Notes: generated by a model not told the origin, from the sequence alone. A DNA stretch of 64,000 nucleotides from an uncultured Phycisphaerales bacterium (GCA_963718665.1 OY970359.1:1312001-1376000); one strand, 5' to 3'. Counted from the first letter of the stretch, positions 47,101 through 57,642 are shown. Made by a program: numbers and translations.

Positions 47101-49084
47101 GCCGAGTATGAAGAACGCACTATTGCTTGCCCGGCTCGCCACACGGCTTGGTCTGGACAACACTGATACCCAACGCCGGCAGTCGCTATTCGCAATGGCA
47201 TCCTCGGCCCTGGAACAGGCGAAAAGCTATGACCCCCAGAGCCCTGTCGTACTCGAGAGTTATGCAGAGTACTATCGAGAAACAGGCCAGCCGGAAAAGG
47301 CAGAGCAGTTATTGAAAGAAACGAAGGAATCGCAACTGTTGTGGCGGTTTTACATAAAGACGGGAAGATATAACGACGCCCGCAAATCTTTAGAGCAGTA
47401 CTATCAGACCAACCCCAGGGACGTAAACGTCCTAGAGGGATTGTTATTTATTGCGGGGGCAACCGGCGATAAAGCTGCTGCGACAAAATATGGCGAACAA
47501 CTGTTATCCGCCACGGAAACACCTGAAATTCATCTTTTGGTGATCCAAACTTATCTTGACATCGGATTGATCAAGGACGCCGAACAAAAACTGGCAAGTT
47601 TCAGGGAAAAATACCCCCAGGAAGGCAAAGGGTTACTGCTGAGCTCATGGCTTTCTATGAAACAGGGACGGTTAAAAGAGGCACTGGAGCTGGTAAACAA
47701 GCGGCTTGAGAGCAACCAGAGTGACGCGACCGCCTGGCAACTGCGCGGACAGATTGATAGTATGATGTCGGATTACGACCAGGCAATCACGGACCTTAAA
47801 CGAAGCAAGACCCTGCTTGACGCAGCAATGACTCGTATTATACTCGCGAAGGTTTATATGAGGGCAGGGCGCACCGATGACGCCGCTATCGAGCTTAAAA
47901 GCTTGGTCGAGGACCCGCAGGCGCCAGATGAGGCAAGGACGATGCTCGAACAAATTTACTCACAAGCCGGGCGAAAGGAAGCCCTTGAGGATTTCTACTC
48001 GAAAATTCTCAAACAATTGCCCGAAAGTGTTTACTGGTATAAGCACGCAGCCGGGTTTGCAGGCGGCGCAGGCGATTTTGCCGGGGCGGAACAATTATAT
48101 GAAACCGCACTGAGAAAAAGTATTGAACAGGGACAGCCGGACGCTGACGCTCTTGGCGGATATCTGCGAGCAATTACGACTGCCGGAAAAATGGAAAAGT
48201 TATTCGAAGAGGCCGGCAAATACATCGATGGAAACCTTGCCCCTGTCGCCTATCTAAAAATGGCGGAGGGCAAAATGAAGCTCGGCGACCGCATCACTGC
48301 TGTGCAGTATTGCAAAAAAGCTATCGAAAAAACAGGCGACAATGATGCTATGGTCGTGCAGATTCTGGGAAAAATTTACGGACTAATCGGCGAGCAAGAA
48401 ACAGAACAAATGTGCAGGCAAAAGCTCGATATGCAGCCGGAGTCGCTCTCGGCAAACTGGACTATGTATAACCTGTGCCGACTTAAAACCGACTACAATA
48501 AGGCACTTGAATATATCGATAAATGTCTCAAGGCAACCGGGCCTGACCAGCCACAACGGCTCAATTACACGATGCAGAAGGCCGAAATACTGATGCTCGC
48601 TTTCAGCAAAACTTCCGATAATAAATACCTTAAAGATGCTATCGGGGTCTATGAAAGTCTGCTGGAAAAAATGCCGAATAATACCAGTGTTCTGAATAAT
48701 ATCGCGTACATCCTTGCGGTTAACAACCAGGATTTAGACAAGGCGATTGAATACGCCAGACGAGCTCATGAGATGCAACCAGACGAACCGGAATACCTTG
48801 ATACTTATGCCGTTGTACTCTACAAAAAAGGTAAATATGCTGAGTCATTGCAGTTATCGCAGGCATCGATACAGCAGTATGAGGCGAGACGGCTATCGCC
48901 GCCCGTAGAGGCGTATGAGCACTTGGCACAGGCCCATGAGCAGCTCGGTGAATTGACACAGGCACGTGCGGCTTACGGGCAGGCACTGGATGCCGGCGGA
49001 GACAACATGCAGAAAGTGGACAAGGAACGAATAAATGCCGCAATCGAACGGCTCGGAAAAAACAAGGGCGATGACAAAAAGTAA
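44138..49084 (+). CDS. Very large membrane-anchored TPR-repeat protein (1648 aa)
   Basis: Basic N-terminus plus one TM, repeated helical TPR-like units, C-terminal LNNIAYIL..A...YLDTYA. Confidence 0.85.
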   Translation: MAKKRLNKKLAMIGSVLFVFVAITVIVGLIYLSRRNPQKFLKYGDEAIATARQTTDQVHRKEIYKEAERNYRKAYSYSKTDELKIVGLHRLADLYIETEDWRSVMGCWTQIVRLDPKDIKARYNRLKYFYIFAQTVSGQAWQEVAAQAGEFIEMIETPGATAELATEDTSKLEIEAFKQSGEPAHKLGPYLHLMRGQANLQIAILGMVTNREETLNQAIADLEKVKQLEPGNTDVYLYLAQATAFRGEMEASKGNLEARVKSQEEAIELLKEGIKATNDDVKAYINFLDMKHNFSFAQAGVASSDQKKQLLEMEPEYLSLTAKFGSKAEVFSALASFYSDYRLGPAYLDKAIEAAEKAVELDKNDVDYVAIASSLHLRRFHIKNQNTDLNKAIELTQNALLLPDTQETTGPRSDAKRNNRLLMLSILANIYIDQIMDANASPRESEGQQLLTNAQQTVRQIEQFYRSGDDPQVVKWQGMVELAAARLKQSDPAPAIQKLYKAYTQLKAAGRSDPRLSYRLAKTFAYGIENGAVSEFLVDALQNGIESALPESRLEYAELLLKAAIWKAALAHIDLFEERYGITDRSRILRTRAYIIAREFAEAERCLDQIPQQDPSWRQLKAAILETKGTVLRTIIISREEKPRTSTVLMSALSQKPQQQEVDQRSTEQIATEMKTIASAFIENMDAMLSADPNSLEVTTAGSMCDDAITSGNLDQANLIIEKYLKYQPDNVTALFYKRLLAEPTPAKVSPERVSQLKEDVLNGIADPLRRTLALGTFYITNNDSNKASEQLRKLVPPPIGTGSLQADDNSKRRAITYLFDIGLEKKDWGTIDKILQIAKRENYDDCSGDFFAARAALAKEQYETALASIDSALSQRPVFGYGYLLRSRINSAMGNEAAALADISMASKTTPLDKTVAKEYVNRLYKRNQALGDNVSTSQLAETRGALDWAMSLNQGDVQLMSFYAEYISENDPNRALALRQSLQENMPSMKNALLLARLATRLGLDNTDTQRRQSLFAMASSALEQAKSYDPQSPVVLESYAEYYRETGQPEKAEQLLKETKESQLLWRFYIKTGRYNDARKSLEQYYQTNPRDVNVLEGLLFIAGATGDKAAATKYGEQLLSATETPEIHLLVIQTYLDIGLIKDAEQKLASFREKYPQEGKGLLLSSWLSMKQGRLKEALELVNKRLESNQSDATAWQLRGQIDSMMSDYDQAITDLKRSKTLLDAAMTRIILAKVYMRAGRTDDAAIELKSLVEDPQAPDEARTMLEQIYSQAGRKEALEDFYSKILKQLPESVYWYKHAAGFAGGAGDFAGAEQLYETALRKSIEQGQPDADALGGYLRAITTAGKMEKLFEEAGKYIDGNLAPVAYLKMAEGKMKLGDRITAVQYCKKAIEKTGDNDAMVVQILGKIYGLIGEQETEQMCRQKLDMQPESLSANWTMYNLCRLKTDYNKALEYIDKCLKATGPDQPQRLNYTMQKAEILMLAFSKTSDNKYLKDAIGVYESLLEKMPNNTSVLNNIAYILAVNNQDLDKAIEYARRAHEMQPDEPEYLDTYAVVLYKKGKYAESLQLSQASIQQYEARRLSPPVEAYEHLAQAHEQLGELTQARAAYGQALDAGGDNMQKVDKERINAAIERLGKNKGDDKK

Positions 49085-49136
49085 CAATAACGCCAGGACA
49101 ATGATTCGTTTTGATATTATGAGAATCTACTGACAA

Positions 49137-51363
49137 ATGGCAGACGCAGGACAAAAACCGATTGTAGTGGAACCCAGGATGATGACTCCGAGGCCAGCTA
49201 TGGCTGCGCGGGGCCGCCGAAGGAATGACGCCGCGAGAAATTCTTGCCACACTGCGCCGACACTGGCTTATGATTTTCCTGCTAACGATACTCGGCTTTG
49301 GGTGTGGCGGAGTGAGCTGGTTTTTGTTTTCAAGATACGGGCCAAGGTACACTGCGCAAACTTTCATAAAGGTGCTCCCACCCATCGAGAAAGACCCCAC
49401 TGCGATACAAGCCATTACTGTCGGACAGGACATCCAATACGGTTATCGACAGTCAATGGCTATGCAATTGACAAGCCAGAGTATGTTCCAACAGCTCATT
49501 GACAGGGACAAAATCCAACAGACCAAATGGTTTAAAGAGTTCGGCGACATAAAAGACGTCCGTATAAGAAAAGCCGTCAAGAATTTAAAGAGAAGCTTCG
49601 ACGCCAGCCCACAAAGAGACGGCGATTCAATCATAGTTTCGATGACCTGCGGGGACAAAGAAGAATCGGCGCTTATAGTCAATGAAATGGCATCTCTGTT
49701 TGTCGGCGGCCAGGGAGGAACAAAACGTAAAGAAGTGGCGGAAAAATTATCCCGGCTCGATGAAGAGCAGGCTCGTGTTCAAAAGGATTTGGATTCGGCT
49801 GATCGGTCGCTCGACGACGTTCGCCGCAGATACGGGTTTACCGATCTTGAAGAGCATGCATTCCAGCCGGTGGTAGAACAAAAGCTCAATGATCTGGAAA
49901 ACCAGGCAAATAAGCTGGAAATGGATATCAGCCAGACACGGGCCTCTATCGAAACTCTCGCGGTACAAGCACAAGGACCCGTTCAGGTGCAGGTTGAGCG
50001 GCAGACGGAAATTGACCCCGTGATGCTTGAATTATCGCAGCAACTGGCACTACAGGAATCTACGCTGGCAGGCGCGCTTGCGCGATTCGGTGAAGACCAC
50101 AGGGTAGTTCGACAAATCAAAGAATATATCGACTCTATACAACAGGAACGGCTCCGTCGACAGGCAACAATAGCCGAACAAGTGAGGCAATCAAACTTGA
50201 AAAACGCCCAGGATCAGCTTACAACGCTTGAGGGCCAACTCGACCAGCTCGAAAAAATGCGCGACGCAGCCGCAAAACAAAAAGAAGAGCTTGACCTGGC
50301 GAGGGTACAGTTCACACAACGCATGAAAATAAGAGACGAAAGAAGGGCGATGCTCGATACAATTAAAACCCAGACGGAAAAACTTAAGATAATTCACGAC
50401 GACCCTGAAACGCCTACAGTTCAAGTTATGGGCCTCGCACCTGAACCACTTGAAGTAAGTTTTCCAAAATGGCAAATCTTTTTCCCCGGCGGAACATTTT
50501 TAGGGCTGTTACTTGGTATCGGATTGGCATTCTTAATAGAAATGCTCAATGACCTTGTTCGAACGCCGAAAGATGTGACGACGCATTTGCATATTCCGCT
50601 GCTTGGGATTATACCTGACACCGAAGAGGACGAACAAGTTGAAGGTATTGAGCCGGCGCTCGTGGTTCGTCAGGCGCCAAATAGCATCCTAAGCGAATCG
50701 TATAGAAGAACGAGAACGAATCTGAAATTGTCGGAACCCGGCGGAAAAGCCAAAACAATATTAATCACCAGTGGTAGTGCCAAAGACGGCAAAACCACCG
50801 TGGCGGTAAATCTTGCCACAACACTCATCGCCGAGGGCAAAAAAGTTCTGCTGATAGACACCAATCTCCGGCGACCGGGCATAAACGCCATATTTGCCGG
50901 CGAACAAGCCACAACCCAGACAAACGCAGGACTGAGCAATTTGCTGGCGGGACAATGTGACCTGCAGCAAGCGGTACGCCCCAGCGGGATGGAAGGGTTG
51001 ACCGTAATTGGATCCGGGCCGATGCCGACCAACCCGGCGGAAGTGCTGGGAAGCGAAGCAATGCAGCGGTTAATCGGACAATTACGCGACAGTTACGATT
51101 ATGTGATAATTGACGGGCCGCCCGTACTGCTGGCAAGTGAAGCAAAATTACTGGCAAAATATGTCGATGGCACTATACTGGTATTTAATGCGGCAGTAAC
51201 CAGACGAGGCACAGGCGTGCGAACTATCAGCGAACTAAAACAGGTAAATGCCACAATACTCGGCTGTGTGCTGCTTGGAGTCAAAACGCTAAAAGGCGGC
51301 TACTTCCGGGAAATGTTCCGCTCGTATCAGGAATATCAGGCATTTGAGCCGGCAAAGGTATAA
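49137..51363 (+). CDS. wzc: Wzc-like polysaccharide co-polymerase / tyrosine autokinase (intact ORF from 49225; possible frameshifted extension from 49137)
   Basis: TM - long coiled coil - TM, SESYRRTRTNL, Walker A (DGKTT), IDTNLRRP, IIDGPPVL, terminal Tyr residues (YF..YQEY). Confidence 0.88.
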
Positions 51364-51402
51364 CACATTACTCAACGACTATCGGGCATCGAAGGGTTTT
51401 AA

Positions 51403-52341
51403 ATGGATAAGTTTCTGGTCACCGGCGGAGCCGGCTTCATCGGTTCAAACATCTGCATCAAGCTCGTCTCGCAGGGTTGTTTTGTCCGCGTAATTGACAA
51501 CCTGCTCACCGGCAAGAAGAGTAACCTCGCTGGTATTGCAGACAAGATTGAGTTCATAGAAGCGGATATGGGCAATGCGGATGCTGCACGAGCCGCGATG
51601 AAAGGAATTGACGTGGTATTACATGAGGGGGCGTTACCATCGGTTCCCCGCAGCGTTGACGATCCCGCTGCCACACACAGACATTGCGTCGATGCCACTT
51701 TTACGCTGCTGATGGCCGCGCGGGACGCAAAAATAAAGCGTTTTGTTTATGCCGCCAGCTCTTCGGCATACGGCGACACGCCGATTTTGCCGAAGGTTGA
51801 AACAATGCCCGTCAATCCGCTCTCGCCCTATGCGGCAGCAAAACTGATGTGCGAATACTACTGTTCCGTCTTTTACAAGGTTTTCGGCCTTGAAACGATT
51901 TCACTTCGATACTTCAATGTCTTTGGCCCAAACCAAGACCCGACAAGCCAATACGCCGCGGCAATACCGGCATTCGTAACCTCAATCCTCAAAGACACGC
52001 CGCCTACTATTTACGGCGACGGGGAGCAAAGCAGGGATTTTACCTATGTCGATAATGTCGTGGAAGCAAACCTGCTTGCTGCCCGGGCAAAGCAGACCAA
52101 AGGCGAGGTCATTAATATCGCCTGCGGAGAAGCAATAACCGTCAACGCGATTATCGATATGATAAACAAAATCGTCGGCAAAAATGTCAAGCCGACGTAT
52201 GTCCCATCCCGCAAAGGCGACGTAAAACATTCGCTCGCCGATATCACTCTGGCAAAAAAACTGGTAGGTTTCAAGCCGGTTATTTCATTCAAAGACGGGC
52301 TGAAAAAAGCAATCGAATGGTACCGCGTAAACCTGGTATAA
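51403..52341 (+). CDS. NAD-dependent nucleotide-sugar epimerase (WbpP/GalE-like SDR)
   Basis: VTGGAGFIGSN, SVPRS, SSSAYG, SPYAAAK, LRYFNVFGP, GDGEQSRDF. Confidence 0.92.
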   Translation: MDKFLVTGGAGFIGSNICIKLVSQGCFVRVIDNLLTGKKSNLAGIADKIEFIEADMGNADAARAAMKGIDVVLHEGALPSVPRSVDDPAATHRHCVDATFTLLMAARDAKIKRFVYAASSSAYGDTPILPKVETMPVNPLSPYAAAKLMCEYYCSVFYKVFGLETISLRYFNVFGPNQDPTSQYAAAIPAFVTSILKDTPPTIYGDGEQSRDFTYVDNVVEANLLAARAKQTKGEVINIACGEAITVNAIIDMINKIVGKNVKPTYVPSRKGDVKHSLADITLAKKLVGFKPVISFKDGLKKAIEWYRVNLV

Positions 52342-52358
52342 GGATTGATGATTGACTA

Positions 52359-52754
52359 TCAATTGCCTTGCTTGCTAAGCTGCTCCGCGGCTTGAATCAA
52401 TTCCTGTCTGCCGACTTCTTTCTGTGGTTTCAGGTCAAACGACCACTCATAGGAATCAACTATCCTGCCCGGGTAAAGGATTTGAGTTACGAAATCAAAG
52501 GGGAAAAAATCATGCCAAGGCGCCTGTAGCTTGCGATGCGCCTGGAGGGTTTCGCAGCCCTGCTTGCGGATAGTGATATTGTAATCGCCATACCAGTTAA
52601 ACGACGTTGTCACCGGCGAAACGCCTATCTCCTCGTCATTTAGGAAAATCTGTGCGCCGGCCGGGTTAGTATTGATAGTGAGTTTACGCTCAACACAACC
52701 GGCCACACCGACTATTAAAATGCAAAACAACAGCAATGATTTATTCATTCCCAT
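52359..52754 (-). CDS. PEGA-domain lipoprotein
   Basis: Lipobox VAGC followed by INTNPAGAQIFLN..IGVSP. Confidence 0.75.
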   Translation of the reverse strand: MGMNKSLLLFCILIVGVAGCVERKLTINTNPAGAQIFLNDEEIGVSPVTTSFNWYGDYNITIRKQGCETLQAHRKLQAPWHDFFPFDFVTQILYPGRIVDSYEWSFDLKPQKEVGRQELIQAAEQLSKQGN

Positions 52755-52985
52755 ATACGGCCCCATTATAACCCCGAATATCAAATGGGAAAAGACCAAA
52801 CTGCTCGAAAGTTTAAGGTCCTATAAGGACAGGCGTAGATTGGTATTTAAGATTGACCATCTGCAAAACAGGGCTATTTTGTATTTAGGCGAATGGGCGA
52901 ATTTGGCGATTATTATAAGAGCAAAAGGACCTGTTTCATAAGTGCGTAAGTCCTTTGTTTTTTTGCCATTGTACACAGAAACCCT

Positions 52986-53795
52986 ATGATAGGAACCGCA
53001 ATATATAAACTTGGCGAAGAGGTAGGCAACGTCGGGCAATTCAGCCGATTCGCCTGGCGTTCGGCCGTAACCAGCATACAAAGTATCGCCAAAAGCGACA
53101 CCTATCCGCTGATATGGGCACAAATGCTGCTGATAGGCGTTTACAGCGTGCCCGTCATTATGATAACGGGCGCCTTCGTTGGTATGACGCTGGCGCTTCA
53201 GGCCTACGACCAGTTGGCGGGAATAGGGCTTGAAGAACACCTCGGAGTCCTGATAAATATCTCGGTCGTTAAAGAGCTTGGGCCTGTTTTGGCGGCGGTT
53301 ATGCTTGCGGGCAGAGTTGGCGGCGCGCTCACCGCTGAATTAGGCACTATGAAAGTTACCGAGCAGATAGACGCCATAGAAAGTATGGGAACAGACCCTG
53401 TCAAATACTTAGTCGCACCTCGCGTGCTGGCATGCCTGCTCCTTACGCCGGCGCTCATCGTTTACGCGGACCTGCTCGGTATCATCGGCGGCTGGTTCGT
53501 AAGCGTCATTCACCTGCGTATCAACGCCACGGCATACTGGAGTTTCAGCGCATACGGCGTCGATTTGTGGGATGTCGGCTGCGGTATCATCAAGGGTTTC
53601 TTCTTCGGCGGAGCCATGGCCGTTATAAGCTGCTACAAGGGTTTTAACTGCAAGGAAGGAGCACGGGGTGTGGGGCAGGCCTGCACAGATGCGTTTGTAA
53701 TGAGTTTTATCTCGATACTGGCTCTTGACTTCGTCCTGGTTATAATTTTTAAGGCGCTTTACAGCACCTTCTGGCCTTTGAAGAGTTTGGTATAA
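52986..53795 (+). CDS. mlaE: MlaE family ABC permease
   Basis: KELGPVL, GRVGG, AELGTMKVTEQIDA, GARGVG. Confidence 0.92.
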   Translation: MIGTAIYKLGEEVGNVGQFSRFAWRSAVTSIQSIAKSDTYPLIWAQMLLIGVYSVPVIMITGAFVGMTLALQAYDQLAGIGLEEHLGVLINISVVKELGPVLAAVMLAGRVGGALTAELGTMKVTEQIDAIESMGTDPVKYLVAPRVLACLLLTPALIVYADLLGIIGGWFVSVIHLRINATAYWSFSAYGVDLWDVGCGIIKGFFFGGAMAVISCYKGFNCKEGARGVGQACTDAFVMSFISILALDFVLVIIFKALYSTFWPLKSLV

Positions 53796-53829
53796 TAATC
53801 AGTCATCAGGTGGCTCGCCAAAAAAGACA

Positions 53830-54693
53830 ATGAATACTGAACAACAAACAACCAACAACGGACAAACCGGCGTCAAGCCCGACGACGGGCTAATCGTTCT
53901 TAAAAATATCACCAAGAGATTCGGCAATAATGTCGTACTGGACGACATTTCGCTGGCGATAGAAAAAGGCAAAACCACCGTCGTAATCGGCCCAAGCGGC
54001 TGCGGTAAAAGCGTCCTGCTCAAGCACATGATAGTCCTGATGCGGCCTACTTCGGGCGAGGTATATTTCAAAAGCCAGCGAATCGACAACCTCGACGACC
54101 AGTTGCTGACCAGCGTGCGGGCGCACTTCGGGTACCTGTTTCAGGCAGGAGCCCTTTTCGACAGCTTAAGCGTTGCGGAAAACATAATGTTCCCCGTCAG
54201 GCAGCACTGCCAGATAACGCGTTTCAGCGCCGTCGAAGAGCTTGTGCGAAACAAGCTCAAAATGGTCGGCCTCGATGGGCTTCAGCACTTTTTCCCCGCC
54301 AACCTTTCCGGCGGCCAGCGAAAACGCGTCGCCCTTGCAAGGGCCATAGCTCTTGACCCGGAAGTTATATTGTATGACGAGCCGACAACCGGGCTTGACC
54401 CGATTCGGGCGGACGTGATAAACGAGCTTGTCCTGAAACTCCGAAAAGAGCTTGGCGTAACGAGCATCGCCGTAACGCACGATATGAAAAGCGCATATAA
54501 AATAGCCGACCGCATTGTTATGCTTCACCACGGCAAAATTATCGCCGACGGCGACGCCGATAACATCCGCAGCCATCCCGACCCCATCGTCCAGCAATTC
54601 ATAAAGGGCGAAATCAGCCAAAAGGAGCTTGAGCAGCTTCACAAAACAAGCGCCGGCTCTTCTGTCCGCCTGCCCTGCGATATAGAAGATTAA
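53830..54693 (+). CDS. mlaF: MlaF family ABC ATPase
   Basis: GPSGCGKS, FQAGALFDSL, LSGGQRKRVALARA, YDEPTTGLDP. Confidence 0.9.
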   Translation: MNTEQQTTNNGQTGVKPDDGLIVLKNITKRFGNNVVLDDISLAIEKGKTTVVIGPSGCGKSVLLKHMIVLMRPTSGEVYFKSQRIDNLDDQLLTSVRAHFGYLFQAGALFDSLSVAENIMFPVRQHCQITRFSAVEELVRNKLKMVGLDGLQHFFPANLSGGQRKRVALARAIALDPEVILYDEPTTGLDPIRADVINELVLKLRKELGVTSIAVTHDMKSAYKIADRIVMLHHGKIIADGDADNIRSHPDPIVQQFIKGEISQKELEQLHKTSAGSSVRLPCDIED

Positions 54694-54724
54694 CCATAAG
54701 CTATTGATTATTTTCTACTGATTA

Positions 54725-57622
54725 TTGATAATTGGACAAGTGAGCCCGCAAACATTCGATACTCAATGGGATGACCTTGCTCGCCTCGTCAAAGGAGAGG
54801 TGTTCACAGACGTTCTGCATCGTGCCGCTTACAGCAGCGACGCCAGCATTTACCAGATTGTGCCGACCTGCGTGGTATGCCCGCGCGACGCCCAGGATAT
54901 CGCCGAAGTCGTCAAATACGCCAAAGCCAAACAAATACCTGTTGCCGCTCGCGGGGCGGGCAGCGGAGTGGCGGGCGAATCGCTGACCAGCGGAATCCTG
55001 CTCGATGTAACCCGATATATGAACGGCATTATCAGTATTGAAAATGAAGGTGAGCTGGTAACTTGTGAGCCGGGCGTCGTCCTTGACGAATTAAATAACT
55101 ATCTCGCGAAATTCGGCAGGAAAATCGGGCCTGACCCGTCAACGGCTAATCGTGCGGTCATAGGCGGATGCGTTGCCAATAACGCAACAGGGGCACACTC
55201 GCTGCAATTCGGCTACACAGGCGATTATGTCGAAAAAGTCGAGGCGGTCCTCGCGGATGGTTCAATAGTCGAGTTGGTAAACGATTATCAACCAAAAGCC
55301 GAAAGCGATAGCCGTATCGATGAGATTGCCAAACAGTGTGTCTCGCTGCTGGCAGGCAAAAAAGATGCAATCACAAATGCGCTTCCCGCAACCAAACGCA
55401 ATCGCAGCGGATACAATATCGCGGGGACATATCACGATGGCAGGGTAAATCTTGCCCGCCTGATGGCCGGCTCGGAAGGCACGCTCGCCATATTCACCAA
55501 AATAACGCTTCGCACCGTACCATTGCCAAAAGCCAAAGGGTTATTGCAACTGGAGTTTGATACGCTGGAGAAAATGGCAAAGGCGGTGCCGATTATAGTA
55601 TCGACAGGCGCGTCTGCCTGCGAGCTGATGGATAACCGCCTTATTGCGATGGCGATTGAGCACCTGCCCGCATATCGGGACGTTCTTCCCGCCAACGCCA
55701 CTGCCGCATTGCTTGTCGAGCACGTCGGCGATACGCCCGAACAGGTAAGAATAAAAATCGGAAAGACCGATTCCGCCGTCGGCAATCTCGCGAGCAATCG
55801 AACGATTGTCTTAGATGAGCAGACACAAAAGCGGATTTGGAAGGTGCGCAAGGACGCCGTCCCGCTTTTAGACAGGGCAAAAGGCAGACAAAGACCCGTG
55901 CCGTTTATTGAGGATGTGTCCATCGAAAACAACAAACTGGCGGAGTATATCGTCGGCCTGCAAAAAATCGGCCAAAAATACAATATCGCGATGAGCTACT
56001 ATGGCCACGCGGGCGACGGCGAGCTGCATATCAGACCATATCTTGATTTGGGTGAGCAGGGCGATATCGATAAAATGACGCAAATCGCCAACGAGGTCTT
56101 CGCCCTTGCCTGGTCGCTTGGCGGGACAGTCAGCGGCGAGCACGCGGTCGGATTAGTCCGCGCAGCGTTTCTGCGAAAACAATATGGCGACGAATTTTAT
56201 AATCTGCTTTGCGGCATCAAAAAGATTTTCGACCCCGCCGGCTTGCTCAATCCCGGAAAAATAATCAACGATAACCCCAATATAATGGTCGAAAACTTAA
56301 AGGCCAGCCATCGGATAAAGAAAAATAAAACATTCTCGGAATCGGGTGTAATTTTCGCCGACGATGAAATATCGCTTGAGCTTGGGCAATGCAGCGGTTG
56401 CGGAGTATGCCGAAGCAAAGAACAACAATTTAGAATGTGTCCTGTGTTCAGGGCAATGGGCGATGAGCTGGCCGGCTCACGCGCCAAAATGAACGTGCTT
56501 AGGTTCTGGTCAAGCGGGCAGCTTAAAGATGAATATTTCGACTCTCCGGAATTTCGCCAGTTCCTCGATTTGTGCATCAACTGCAAGGCCTGCTCGATTG
56601 AGTGCCCGTCGGGCGTCGATGTCTCGAAAATTATCGTGGCTGCCCGCGCCGAATATGTCCGTCGAAAAGGACTGCGTCTAACCGAACGGCTTTTCGGCCA
56701 CAATCGATATCTCAGTATGCTGGCAAGCGCCTTCGCTCCAATATCAAATTCCGTAATGCGTCTGCCGATAACCCGACGGCTTCTTGAAAAGACAATAGGA
56801 CTCGACAGCAGACGCAGGATGCCCAAATTCGCCTTCGGCTCATTTTACCTTGCCGGCCGGCTCTACCTGGAAACCTGCAAACCGAGTGAAATGCCTATTG
56901 ATAAAGTCGCGTATTTTTTGGATACATACGTTAATTACAACGACCACGAACTGGGCTTTGCAGTTATCGACGTCCTGCGACACAACGCCGTCGAAGTTAT
57001 AATCCCCAGGCAAAGACCTGCGCCGTTGCCCGCGATTGTTTACGGCGACGTCAAAACCGCGAAAAAAGATTTGTCTTACAGCGTCAAATACCTCGCGGCA
57101 GCCGTAAGGGACGGCTACAAAATTATCTGCTCCGAACCAAGCGCAGCAATGTGTCTCAAGCAGGAACTTCGGCATTACGTTGACAGCGTGGACGCAAAAC
57201 TTGTTTCCGAAAACACCTATGAGCTGATGGAATACCTGCGTGAGCTGCTGCGACAGGGCAAATTGAATAAACCCAAAAGAACGCTCCTGCAGGAATACGT
57301 TTATCATACGCCCTGTCATTTATTCGCGACCGGGGCATACGGGGCAGGTATTGAACTATTGCAAAAATTGTGTAATATACCGGTGGCCGACCTAAATGCG
57401 GGCTGCTGTGGCCTCGCGGGGACATTCGGGATGCAGAAGAAAAATTACGAACTGTCGGAACAAATCGCCCAATCGCTCAAAAATACGCTCGAAAATACAG
57501 CTGCGCAGTCCGTTCTTACCGAATGCGCCGCCTGCGGTATGCAAATCGAACACATTAGCGGAAAACGTGCAATTCACCCGATAAAAGTTTTAGCAAAGGC
57601 ATACGGACCAATATACAAATAA
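54725..57622 (+). CDS. FAD-binding and Fe-S oxidoreductase (GlcD/GlcF fusion, YdiJ-like)
   Basis: DAS.Y, RGAGSG, GPDPST, GSEGTL, GHAGDG, SGEH, two 4Fe-4S motifs (CSGCGVC, CINCKACSIECP) and CCG. The start may be the GTG at 54740. Confidence 0.88.
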   Translation: MIIGQVSPQTFDTQWDDLARLVKGEVFTDVLHRAAYSSDASIYQIVPTCVVCPRDAQDIAEVVKYAKAKQIPVAARGAGSGVAGESLTSGILLDVTRYMNGIISIENEGELVTCEPGVVLDELNNYLAKFGRKIGPDPSTANRAVIGGCVANNATGAHSLQFGYTGDYVEKVEAVLADGSIVELVNDYQPKAESDSRIDEIAKQCVSLLAGKKDAITNALPATKRNRSGYNIAGTYHDGRVNLARLMAGSEGTLAIFTKITLRTVPLPKAKGLLQLEFDTLEKMAKAVPIIVSTGASACELMDNRLIAMAIEHLPAYRDVLPANATAALLVEHVGDTPEQVRIKIGKTDSAVGNLASNRTIVLDEQTQKRIWKVRKDAVPLLDRAKGRQRPVPFIEDVSIENNKLAEYIVGLQKIGQKYNIAMSYYGHAGDGELHIRPYLDLGEQGDIDKMTQIANEVFALAWSLGGTVSGEHAVGLVRAAFLRKQYGDEFYNLLCGIKKIFDPAGLLNPGKIINDNPNIMVENLKASHRIKKNKTFSESGVIFADDEISLELGQCSGCGVCRSKEQQFRMCPVFRAMGDELAGSRAKMNVLRFWSSGQLKDEYFDSPEFRQFLDLCINCKACSIECPSGVDVSKIIVAARAEYVRRKGLRLTERLFGHNRYLSMLASAFAPISNSVMRLPITRRLLEKTIGLDSRRRMPKFAFGSFYLAGRLYLETCKPSEMPIDKVAYFLDTYVNYNDHELGFAVIDVLRHNAVEVIIPRQRPAPLPAIVYGDVKTAKKDLSYSVKYLAAAVRDGYKIICSEPSAAMCLKQELRHYVDSVDAKLVSENTYELMEYLRELLRQGKLNKPKRTLLQEYVYHTPCHLFATGAYGAGIELLQKLCNIPVADLNAGCCGLAGTFGMQKKNYELSEQIAQSLKNTLENTAAQSVLTECAACGMQIEHISGKRAIHPIKVLAKAYGPIYK

Positions 57623-57642
57623 AAACGGAAAGGAACGGGCAA

